Shown here piece after piece: positions 12,601 to 23,689 of a stretch of 64,000 nt of DNA. Source of the DNA: Anthoceros angustus (lineage: Eukaryota > Plantae > Anthocerotophyta); NCBI GenBank assembly GCA_010909165.1, contig MU008177.1:930001-994000 (forward strand), written 5' to 3'. Both the position numbers and the translations under genes were made by a program. The stretch's first letter is position 1; each line of letters opens with the position of its first letter. A model generated the notes under the pieces. That model was not told where the DNA came from and searched no databases. It worked only from the letters and a program-made list of their open reading frames with translations.

Positions 12601-14582
12601 GAAATTCAAGCCAATTCAGATGAGCGAACCGCTTAGGAAAAAAAGTAGTTTAACATACATTTAGAAAGGGTTTCTCTGTCAAAGGGTTTTGGAAAAATCC
12701 CAACCCTATTTCAAGCCCAGAAGTTGCTTTGGTTTTGTTGGTTTTGTAGGTGTTCATCCATCGGTTCGGGCATTCGGCTCGGCACCACTTCTGTCAGTCA
12801 TTTACACGCATTGGCGCCTTGTACTCGAGTTCATGGCGATTTAGTCGGTGTGATGAAGGGCTAGTGACCTCATTGTTCCATAATTTCGTCATGTCCGTAG
12901 TTTCGTGATTTTGTGTGGTTTTGTATGTTTTGTATACTGGGGGCCTAGGCGCGCATAAGTGCGCGTCTAAACAACGCTTATGCAAACTTGTGCACGACTG
13001 CAAAAAGAACGCGAAAAATAATCTTCTAATGGGGAAACATGTCCTTTGAGGTCCGAGGATGTGCCGAACTCCCAACAAAATAACAAGTAGTAGACATCGG
13101 GAGGTTCACCTAGACCGCTCTCATATATCTATCCTATGCCCTAATGCGACGAAGAACACCCTATCCCTTTTATCCTTTACGGTGTTTCCGTCTCTTTCGT
13201 GACCTAGTACCGGTTATCATCAAACATGTTAGGGGCCCACCGGGTGAACAAGTGCATGTACTGTGGGGCAAGGAGGCCTGTGTGCACACAGCAAGGAGGC
13301 CTGTGTGCACGCACAAGTGCACGCACCCAAGGTCAAGAAGGGCCTAGGAGCATGAACCCATATGGTTCATGCCTCCTAGTGCATTCCCAGACGGTTCATC
13401 CAAAGAAAAAAAGAGCAAAAAGTCTTAAAAACCCTTAAAACCCCTAAAACAATCACAAAAAAGTCCAGGTTTTTGAGGCAAGTGTGCGCACTTGCCCTAA
13501 AATTTTGACAATTTTTTGAATCGTTTTGTATTTGTTTTGATATTTTTGTTGTTTTAAAGGGTTCCTTTCGATGTTTTCAACCTTTTTTGTGCAACTCCCT
13601 AATGTGGATATGTTCTTATCTTTACTTAACCCTCATCTTTTTCTAGTGGTTAAAACTTTGAACTAGTAGTGAGAACCTTTTGCATCTTTTGAATCTTGAG
13701 ACGCTGGGCCCACCTCCACTATGCCACTCTCATTCTCGCCGCATGTGGATCAAGAACATTAGGTCAACAAAGATATTATTGTCCCAATGTCTAAGAAACA
13801 AAGTCCTGTAAAATTCTCAGAGCGAGAGTATAGTCTTAGGATTGAGTGGTATGAATGAAAGGTTGGTGCGCAAACTTGTTTGCGCACCAGAATTACAGCA
13901 AGCCCTAAAAACTCTAAACGTTTGTATACGTCCAACAACTGGCAATGATTGCCAGATGTTGGAGATTGTTTAGATGTAAGTGCGTGCATAAGTTTGCGCG
14001 CGAATTCTGTGTCTAGTTTGAAAGAAAAAGCCGAATGAGAATGGGACTTTAGGTTTTTGCCACGTACTTGCAATCTACAATCTCAAATAACGTGTATCAA
14101 AACAATTATTCAAAAGATTGCGGGTGACATGTCTACAGAGAAATACCAAAAAGGCTGATTATAGTGCGGATTTTTTCAAGTGTAAAAAGGGGTCCGGCCA
14201 CGTCCGTGTGCAAAAAGGGGTTTCAGGAGAAATCCCTTTCTAAACAGACGCTGTTGTTTGGCATGGGGGTGCCAAACCCTGGTGGCCTCTACGGTATATT
14301 AGACAAGGCTTCCTTCATAGAGTGGTGTATTTCCCTATGTAAGGGATCTAGAGTTAGGTTTTTTTGTTTTGTTGTATATGTACTGTGATCACCTGATCTA
14401 ATGATTTAGTGCTCATATCTTTTGTTGTAAGCTCTTATTGTGTTGCTAGTATGTTTTATACATGCTCTTTATTTTAGCATCGTTTCAGAGCAGGTTTTTA
14501 AGAAATATCTAAATCAAGTTTCTAAGATACGTTTAAATCGGGATTCTAATATACGTGTAACTCGTATATCTTAGGTTGTGCA

Positions 14583-15950
14583 ATGTGGTGCAAGATGTGG
14601 AGCTCAAGCAGCTTCTTCACGGACTTGCTCTTGCTCCTTTTGTTGTTTTGCAAAAATGGTACAGTTCAGGTCGGGAGCAAGGTAAGCTATAATTATGTTA
14701 TTGTCGGCATACGTAATGGTTGGGAACTGGAGGCAATTGGATGTGCAGGTGTATATTGTATATATGCGACAGAAGGTTGAGGATCTACAAAGCCATGAGG
14801 CCAGGGCTTTGCACATGCACACGCTAAGCAGCACTCTCGGGGAGTAAGCAATCTGGATCCATCATTTGGCTGTAGCTGTGTATTCTGTCCGGATTGGGAA
14901 TATGGATGTGACAAGTAGGTTTTGTACTCACAAAATCCAAGAAGAGTGTGCGAAGAGAGTGCACCACAATTACAGTAAGGTATTCAAGGATTCATAGCCT
15001 CCTTGTCGAAGGACGAAGCGAACGTGGTGTCAAGTGCCTACATTCTCACATTAAGCAATTAATCATTAGAAATAAGCAGACCACGTTGGTTAAGTCTAAC
15101 TAGGCCTAAGCTATCATTGTAGTTAGTTAACTAGCAGGCTAGCGAAAGGACACAACCCTTCGTAATTGTTTAAATACCTATGAACTTGAATATTATTCAC
15201 TGTTAATATAGCTTCTGCTTGAAGCTAGATGCTTCCGCATGGCATCTTTAACTTTATTTGCAGATGCACGGAAAGGAGGATCTGTTTAGATTTGTTTGTG
15301 CTGAGGGATTGGAATTGGTGTTCTTTGCCTTTCACAGCCATTCCCCGGGGTGTTGTATGTTTTCCCTAGCAAGCTGTCAAAGCTCGCCACTACCAGGTCT
15401 TACACATTCCTGGGAGTAGATCGTGACAGCCCGTTTGGGACTTGGCAAACCTCCACAGCGGCGTCATCATAGGAGTATTTGATACCGGTACGAGAAGATG
15501 TAGTGCATTGCATCCTCCATGTCGACTTGCATTTGAAGTGGATGCGTGAAATCCGCCGAGTTACTGCAGGAATATGGGTGGAAGCAAGGAGTTTCTCAAC
15601 ATAGGGAATGCCACCTCTGCCACAATAGTGGAAGGGAGTTTGCGTACAGGGAGAGCAATTCAATCTTTCCCACTAGTCTACTAGAAACCGGGTAGCTATG
15701 TTATGTCTTTTTGTTACAATTTTTGTTATGGTCTAGAAAACCATAACGGCACTTGTTATTGGGGAGGGGCATGACATACAAACCTCAATTTGTTACACTT
15801 CAATATTACATTTCTTTCTGCAAAGCGCATCTTGCTCCCATTATCCGGACCTCCCGCCGTTTTCACTTGCTTGTTTAAAATACTAGTGTTTCCATGGGGG
15901 CATCTCGGAACCCAATGGCTAGTATTGAGGTTGATTGGTGTCCGGCCCAC
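14583..15950 (+). pseudogene. Subtilisin-like serine protease (S8 with I9 prodomain) pseudogene, 5' part
   Basis: Signal-peptide-like start, VYIVYM (~14749), GFIASLSKDEA (~14989), FPGVLYVFPSKLSKLATTRSYTFLG (~15341), GVIIGVFDTG catalytic-Asp motif (~15460) and P*WKGVCVQGEQF. Contains stops and frameshifts. Confidence 0.8.
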
Positions 15951-16780
15951 TTATCCGGCTTTTTAAGATGTACATCCAAGCCGTCGCACGTGTAAGCATA
16001 ATGGCTTCTCCAGCCGAGTGCATATACCAAATCATCGTGGTACTGGTACGTAGTTGCGGGCTCTAAGGGTCATCGGACCCATTTCCCAATGCGAAGACCT
16101 GGAAACATCTGCCCAGTTTTGTCATGTAGTGGGAATCCTATGCCAAGTGTCATGTGGGAATTCGTAGCCCCTGTGCTATGCCGTACTCCATGTACGTGGC
16201 TTGGTCATGGCATAGACTGGCATATACGTGTACAACGTATGTCAACAGGAGTCCATGGGCATATGGCGTACACACCACAAGGCGCATATCCTTTCGTTCA
16301 ACTAATGTTTCTGCATTATCTAAAGTACCTAGTCCTCATACGCAATCTTACAAAAAAAATTGGGTGTATGCAAATCACTTCTTGGTGGAAACAAGAAATG
16401 AAAGGGCACATAACTTGAGATTGTGTTGTACCTAGGAATATGAAACTGAATGTCATCTTGATGAACACAACATTCTCAATCGGAAAATACAATATGATGG
16501 TATAGTTCATAAATTAAAACCTCGAAAATGAAGAGGATGAGCCTTTTGTACTTATGTTAAATAGACTAGAACATAGTTTTTTGTCTCAAAATCGTAATCG
16601 TCTTTCGTTCCCTACCTTTTATGAACAAGGCAACAAAGAAATCAAAATTGAAAATCACAAAATTGTCAATTTTGACTACCGCCGTTACCTCAAGTTCTCA
16701 ACTTCCACCCTGAGGAGTTCCCTACAGTGGAGCACTAGTCTCACATGGAGTACATTCGATGGCTTCTAGACTCTGTGCTC

Positions 16781-16925
16781 ATCTCCACATACAAATAATG
16801 AAACTCCCTTACAGCTGCATACCAAACTTCCTCGTCTTTGAGTTAATTTGATCTCCACATACAAACAATGAAACTCCCTCACAGATGCAAATTGAACTTC
16901 CTAGACTTTAAGTTAATTCGATCAC
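16781..16925. repeat. ~70-bp tandem duplication
   Basis: ATCTCCACATACAAA(T/C)AATGAAACTCCCT...GTTAATT occurs twice. Confidence 0.75.
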
Positions 16926-17216
16926 CACAAGTCCCTGATATTGAATTTTCATCCTAGTGCTAGTTATGGATGGATTGGATTTTCATCCTAGTGCTAGTTC
17001 GTCCATAACTGGTAAGATATTGTAAGTTTTGATAAGGGCACAGTGATTATATATATATGTAAAGAATATAATGACCAAAACTCTATATAGGTATATATAA
17101 TTGGTCATGAAATAAAACCCATCCTATTAGTAGACCTTATATTCAGGTTTCTTTTAGTATGAATCTATGAATCAGTCTTATATCAGCTGTCATTCGGCTT
17201 TCTTTTGAGTATCATA

Positions 17217-18138
17217 ATGGCAGCTAAGATTCTTTTGATGCTATGCTGACTCTAGAGCTATTGGGCATTCTTGTTTGCAAAGAGGGTGCACACAAAAGCA
17301 ACGCTGTCGGTGATATGGTTCTTCATGGAACGACATTATGCTAAAGGGTTCCCCTTTAGATATGAATCTAACCAAAGTCTGCGGATACAGTCGCAGCATT
17401 GTTTGATAAGTGTGCTTTGCAACATGGACGTGTGTACCAAGGGCAGGAAGAAAGGGAGCTCTAAGATCACTTCCGGAATCAAGCCACACACAGCTTGGGA
17501 CTAAACCAAGTCTCTGACATGACCAACGAGGAGTTTAAGGCGAGGTCTACAAGACACCTCGCAAATAAACAGGACTCTCCAGGCAGCAGCATTCCAACCG
17601 GCTGGAGACCTGCCCCTTGGATCCGATTGACGAGACAGCGGTATCATCATCCCAGTGAAAGACCAGGGCGTGTTTGTTTGCTGCTGGGCCTTCACCGCAA
17701 TAGCAGCAGTGGAAGCACAGCACAAGCAGACTACAGGAGTAGAGCGCTCCCTCTCGGAGCAACAAGTGGTGGCTCTGGAGAGCAACTATCCCTACGCTGT
17801 TGCCCGTGGAAGCTGCGACACCACCAAATCAGCAAACCACGATCATGCCCGAGGACGAGCTCGCAATGCGCACTGCCTTGGTGAGCCAGCCGGTTTACGT
17901 CTACCTCGAAGGCTCGGGAGCAGACATCCAGCACTACGCAGGAGGAGTGTTCACCGGGGCTTGCGGGACCAAGCTCGATCACACCATGCTGGTGGTAGGA
18001 TACGGCACTGACGCAACCAGCGGCGATTTCTGGATTCTCAAGAACTCTGGGGGCACCAGCTGGGGAGAGGCCGGCTTCTTCCGCATGCAGGGGACGTGTG
18101 GAATGTACGCCTCTCCGGGATATGCTTCTCTTCAATGA
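17217..18138 (+). pseudogene. Papain-like cysteine protease (C1A) pseudogene, no introns seen, internally deleted
   Basis: GLNQVSDMTNEEFK (I29 prodomain), [30 protein letters not shown] and [17 protein letters not shown]. Several stops and frameshifts. Confidence 0.88.
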
Positions 18139-18254
18139 CGAAATTTTTTGAAATGTGAATCCTCCATCTCTTTATTGGAATCGTTAGCCTTCGCCAGTGG
18201 CTGACAAATTTGAAGCCAGTGGAGCAATTCGTGAACTTCCTTCCCATGCCTAGT

Positions 18255-18856
18255 AGGTATCTTTCGAGACGTTTTCACGATTCACTCGCCAAATCACCTA
18301 GGAATAGGACTCCTCCCTCCCGCCATGGCCGTGCTCCACCGAGCTCGAGAATTCGTGATCCGCTGCTTGCGCTCGCTCCGGATGCGCGGTCCGCTGGTGC
18401 TGCAAGACGGCACGGCAGGGTCACGCTCTTCCTTCACCAGCTTCATCGGCTCCATCCCGCGGGAGATGATGAGGCTTGGTGAAGGAAGAGCGCGTCGAGA
18501 CTCGACGTGCACAGAGGAGTGTGAAGATGCAGCCGGGGGAGAGGCCGGCTTCATCCGCTTGCAGCGCAGGTATCTTTGGAGACGCTTCCACGATTCACTC
18601 GCCAAATCACCAAGGACCATGACTCCTCCCTCCCGCCATGGCCGTGCTCCACCGAGCTCAAAAATTGGTGATCCGCTGCTTGCGCTCGCTCCGGATGCGC
18701 GGTCCGCTGGTGCTGCAAGACGGCATGGCATGGACACGCTCTTCCTTCACCAGCTTCATCGGCTCCATCCCGCAGGAGATGATGAGGCTTGGTGAAAGAA
18801 GAGCGCGTCGAGGCTCGACGTGCACAGAGGAGTGTGAGGATGCAGCCGGGGGAGAG
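18255..18856. repeat. 313-bp-period tandem duplication (2 copies)
   Basis: AGGTATCTTT..CACGATTCACTCGCCAAATCACC starts at 18255 and 18568; both copies end GCAGCCGGGGGAGAG. Confidence 0.9.
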
Positions 18857-19186
18857 ATGCCGAGGTGCACCGTGGGAGGGGAAGGAATTTGTGTCAGAGA
18901 CTTAGGGGAGCCTGAATTGTAAGCCCGCAGACGGGAGTGAGAGATCGTCGAGCGCGTGTCAAGTGCGTTGGCCTGTTTGCGGCCAGCAGCGGATCAACGA
19001 GCTCGAGCAAGGCCCGAAGATTTCGAGAGCGTGCCCGCGCGCCTGTGGAGGTGCGCCCGGTGCAGGCGGGGCCCGCCGGTTCAGCCGCTCACTTGGGTCA
19101 GAAGGCGTAAGGAGTCTGAGTCCGGTGCTCGCGGCGTCACGGCTCCGGCGGCAGTGTGGGAGGTCTGGATTGGGACTCCCGGTGCG

Positions 19187-21432
19187 ATGGCAGCTCTTGC
19201 CAGATGTCCGTGCGCGGCCTCTTCGTCCTCGCCATCGTCCCCGCGGAGTCGGCCTCACCCGCGCCCGCGAGCCTTTGTGCTGGTATGGCCGCGTGGTGGA
19301 TCAGTTGAGCTGGGTGTGTGACATCTCGCTGAGCTGAGCTGAGCTGAGCTGAGCTGAGCTGAGCTGAGCTGAGCTGAGGGGGACTGTGCCTGACCCCAAG
19401 GTGCTGTGATTTTGCAAGGCTGCTTGCAGGCCTTGTGTGCGGTTGCCGCTCATTGGACTTAGGTTGAGCGATGGCGCTGCTCTTCCTTCTCCTGGGATGT
19501 GGTGTGGGAGGTGAGTGATTGCCGGGATCAGGGTTGACGGTCTGTGGAGCTGAGGTATTTGTCTGCGTGTTTTGATGAGATGTGACGGGTGCTGGTGCAG
19601 GCGGAGTCCGTTTAGGGTGGCAGCGAGCCTGGGGGCGGAGAAGTCGTTTAAGACCACGGTGGAGCTGGACAAGCTGATTGATACTTTGAGGGGAACCGAG
19701 TCGACTGAGGTTCGGCCCCTGTTTGCTGTTGGTGCTGCGGTTGATTTGGGGTTTCTGTTTGTCGAAATCAGTTGCGGCAGAGGGATGTGCATGCTTTGAT
19801 TCTTTTGTTGCTTCTATTCAGCTTCCTAAGGTGGTTCTGGAAAACGTAATGTCGTTTGACTCACCGTTTTGGCTGCGCCTGGCAACCAGAGCCGACATGT
19901 GCAAATCAGCAGATGATGCAGTAAGGAGGCTGGGTCCCACCGTGATGATATTTTCCCATGTTTTTCCTGTGGTCTGTGGGTGACCTTTCTTATTGTCATT
20001 CACTGTGTTTGCCATGTGTTGCAATTTATCTGATATTGTGTGCGGTTTTGCTACTTGTTGAAAAGGAGGATTCCGCTTTTTCAACCTGTGAATCTAATTA
20101 CAGGCTAGACTCAAACTGCTGTCTGTGTCGTATTGTAGAAAGACTATGAAGATCTTGCATTTTCTATCATGAACATTGTTGAAAAGATCGTGAAGAAAAC
20201 CCAGGTATGCTGTAGAGTGTTACAGTGTCTGTAGGTGTTTTTGGACAATGCAATGTCACGTGTCTGCATGAGTTGGAACTTGGTCTAGTCGGTTGTCTCG
20301 GACGCCAGCGTGTTCTTACAGCTTTAGTGTACTGGCTGAACTTCTTTTCGTGTCCTATTATTCCAGGAGAAGATCGAGTCTTCAACAGACGTCTTGAAAT
20401 CCTTGTTGACGCCAATAGTCGAAGCAAGTGGAGAAATATTGTGGCCGCCTCGGGACCCACAAAGCTTAGTGGCTATGCGAAAGGTTAGGTCTTTTCTTCA
20501 CATGTCCATGATGATTTCTCCTCCTCTTACTCATTATAAGAGTGTCATACTCATCACGATAGTGTCAGACCTATCAGAATAGTGAGTCTCTTGGTTAAAT
20601 GTGGCGCAAGGGTGTGTATCCTAACATGATCTCTGTAGGCAGGAGATTCAACTAAGGGAGCAAGGAAGCTTCTTAGATGAGAGCTTTCTTTCGGAGGTGA
20701 ATGCTCAGATGCGCCAGGTGGGCTTGAGACCTCTTTCCTAATTAATGGCTTTGCTGCACTCTTTTTTGAGGGATTTTGTGAACTCACATCAGCGGTTGGC
20801 AGGCAAAAGAAGATGGTGACAAGCCTGGACTTGTGGCTATCCTGCAGAAGGTTTTGCAGTACTATGCTTCTGCAGTGCTTTCAAACAGAAGCTATGCCGT
20901 GAAAGGTCAGTTTGTTACAGCGTATCTGCCTGAGATTAATTTAACTCCTAGCTCTTTGGCTTACTGTGTCTGTGTTTTTGGCAGATGGTCAGGTGGACAA
21001 AGCTGAAGAATTGTTGGAGTCGGTGTTGTCAGGTTTGGCAACTCATTTTCAGCATATTGCGTCTCGACGAGCTTGTTACCACGGGTTTTTAGAACTGACA
21101 TCTCAGTGTCTTGCAGCTGATGAGGACAACTGGGAGTCTTTACTGAGGAGTGGACTCAACTACGGTGGAGGTGCAGTGGCATCTGGTGATCTTGTCAAGG
21201 TCATCGATAAACGAGTCGAGCGTACTTTAATGAGAACTGTAAATCTCTCCTGCCTTTTACTCTCAGGTATTGGACATTCTTGTGTGGTGGTACTAACGAT
21301 CAGAGTTTGCTTCAGGAAAATGGTACATATCAGCAAAGAGTGCTGGTGGAGTACATTCGAGAGATAGAGAGTAGGGTGCAAGCTCTTGCCGAAGCGTTTG
21401 AGAAAGCTCCTGAATCATTTAGAAGATCATGA
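19187..21432 (+). CDS. CGLD11: CGLD11/BFA3-like chloroplast ATP synthase assembly factor, multi-exon
   Basis: Exons read LDKLIDTLR, VLENVMSFDSPFWLRLATRADMCKSADD, EKIESSTDVLK..EILWPPRDP, FLSEVNAQMRQ/AKEDGDKPGLVAILQKVLQ and KRVERTLMRT/ENGTYQQRVLVEY. Matched to At2g21385 from memory, not by search. Confidence 0.8.
19329..19378. repeat. (CTGAG)10 microsatellite, probably intronic
   Basis: Seen directly. Confidence 0.95.
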
Positions 21433-21641
21433 CCTGCCAAGTGGTCAACTAATTTTTTGGACTGCGGAACTGATTCGAAGGCCGCTGGCCCCACCCTATT
21501 GGATCATTGAACAGCATACTGCTGTCAGTCCTACAAGGAAGTAGACATGGCTCGAACAGGCTACTGCCAAACATTTTGGCTCAGGGAGCAAGTTTTTTAA
21601 GTCTTAAAAAAATGGATTTCAAAATACTGGTCAGCATCCTG

Positions 21642-22326
21642 TCAAGAATTTTCAGGCAGTGCTGTCAGCAATTTGATCTCAGCTTCGTTCAGTGCCCTGA
21701 GTAAATGTGAAACTCTGTAGTGCAGCTTCATGTTCTCTCTCTCCAGCTTCTCTTGATCCTTTTGAGCCTGTTACGGGACCCCATCAGCCAGTAAGCTCTA
21801 GCGTTTCCGATGTTCATCCGAATACAAACCTTGGAGCTGGTGATTACCTTAACCCTTTCCGCTGCCTGCTCTGCCTTGATCCTCTCCATTTTCTTCCTGA
21901 GCTCCTTCAAGGACTCAACCACCGCGTCTGGATTGCCCCTACTCTGAATTAACCATGCCTCCAATTTGGCAAGGTTCTCCTGCGCAAACCAGCATAATTA
22001 ACTCCCAGATCAGCCATCGTGCCTTCCGCGCTGAAACATGAAAAACACATCTGGAGCCTCAGCAGCGGAAGTCACTCTCCGACTGCTAAAAAGGTACGGG
22101 GAAATATACACACACACTGAGATTAGGTCATCAAGCTGTGCGAGACCTCCCCACTGTCGAGAGACAAGCCAAGGCAATGCGGGAAGCCTTGTCAGAGGCC
22201 TTCTCAGAGGGATTAGTAGAGAAGAACCAGAACCCAGAAACTAACCTCCGCCTTGTCAGCGCGAGCATGGAAGGGCTTCAAGAGCTCGGCCATGGTCTCC
22301 TCCTTGGGCTGCTTGGGCTTCACCAT
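21642..22326 (-). CDS. Small (~110 aa) coiled-coil protein, 3 coding exons (~22326-22246, 21979-21848, 21767-21642)
   Basis: MVKPKQPKEETMAELLKPFHARADKAE / ENLAKLEAWL...EQAAERVK / KLERENMKLHYRVSHLLRALNEAE, with GT-AG junctions. The last junction needs a 1-nt adjustment. Confidence 0.6.
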
Positions 22327-22773
22327 GGCTGTGGGATCTGCTACCCAGCCCGCAAGATATCAGAACAAACCCAACCCTCACAGAGAGTTTACTTGTTGCT
22401 TCACACACTCAACAGTGCGATCAATCTCTGCAACGGCACTTGACTTTCTTGCTGATTCTTTCAGCATCAGCTAGTCCTCCTCGACAGAAAGAGACGGGCC
22501 GCTGGGCGTAACTGGCAAAAACGGCGTGCTGGTAATGCAATGCATGCACCAGCTTTATACTTCTTACCGTCAGGGTAACGTGAGGGTCTTGTGGCGAAAC
22601 GGTTTCGCCCGACTCCCCTGCAGGCTTGCGTCTCCCTTCCCAGGACTGAAGGTCTCAGAACAGAGGCGGCTGCAGATGCCTTGAGAGCAGCTGCGCAAAC
22701 AGGACATTCTTCTGTGCCCGAAAATCCGCACCAGGCAGGTTTTGTGATTGTCACAGTGCTGCAGGCAGCGGCT

Positions 22774-23304
22774 ATGGCGATGCAGGCAGCGATTTGCAGC
22801 AAGCCCTGCTCGGGGCCGGCAGGGCAGCCGATTCAGGTTGCGCGGCCTTCCCGGCTTTTAGGTCCAGCCAGGTGCTACCCGGGATCCTCTGCGGGGCTGA
22901 AACCAGAGCCCTTGAGATGCAACCTACCCGGTGCTGGCTGGCGGAGGAGCGGGAGCAAGACATGGCGGGTTAGCTGCAGCCTTTCCCCTGAAGTGAAGGA
23001 GTCCGTGGACAAGTTCCTGGCCGACAACAAGGTGGTGGTGTTCATGAAGGGGACCAAACTGTTTCCGCAGTGCGGCTTCTCCAACACCGTCGTACAGATC
23101 CTCAACTCACTCAACGCCAAGTATGAGACCGTGAACATCTTGGAGGACAACGGGTTACGACAGGCCATGAAGGAGTACTCCAACTGGCCCACCTTCCCCC
23201 AACTCTACATCGATGGCGAGTTCTTTGGCGGCTGTGACATCGCCATCGAGGCTTACCAATCCGGCGAGCTGAAGGAGCTCCTGGAGAAAGTTTCCCTGTC
23301 TTGA
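22774..23304 (+). CDS. GRXS14: Plastid monothiol CGFS glutaredoxin (GRXS14-like), single exon
   Basis: Transit peptide followed by KVVVFMKGTKLFPQCGFSNTVVQIL...SNWPTFPQLYIDGEFFGGCDI. Confidence 0.9.
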   Translation: MAMQAAICSKPCSGPAGQPIQVARPSRLLGPARCYPGSSAGLKPEPLRCNLPGAGWRRSGSKTWRVSCSLSPEVKESVDKFLADNKVVVFMKGTKLFPQCGFSNTVVQILNSLNAKYETVNILEDNGLRQAMKEYSNWPTFPQLYIDGEFFGGCDIAIEAYQSGELKELLEKVSLS

Positions 23305-23689
23305 TGCTTCCAGAACCATTTTGTCTGTACATTTTGTCTCCGGCACAGCCACGCTGCTGCTGCTGCTGCAGATGATGATGATGATTACCTCATTCCGCCT
23401 TGTGCAAAAATCCCATAATCAATTACGGTTCTAAGAATTTGAACCGGTAGGCTCTTGAATTCTTGTGATGTGTTCCAAGCTTGCCCAGGAGGCTAGCATG
23501 CAGACTATGGCACAGACTTGCACGAAATATAGACCGGCGTCATTTGAACCTTGCCCACCAGGACGAAAGATGGAGGAGCAATGAAATTGTACCTCGAAAT
23601 GAGAGGGAAACGTAACCCACTTCGGTGTATTTGAATGGAAGAAGGGCATTCGGGTCGATGAGGAGTTCTTGTGCAGGAGGACGTGTCGG

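Noticed and set aside
12640-14270. Possible TIR element (TTAGAAAGGGTTTCTCTG near 12661 versus CAGGAGAAATCCCTTTCTAA near 14224)
   Set aside because: The inverted match is short and imperfect, with no TSD or transposase identified.
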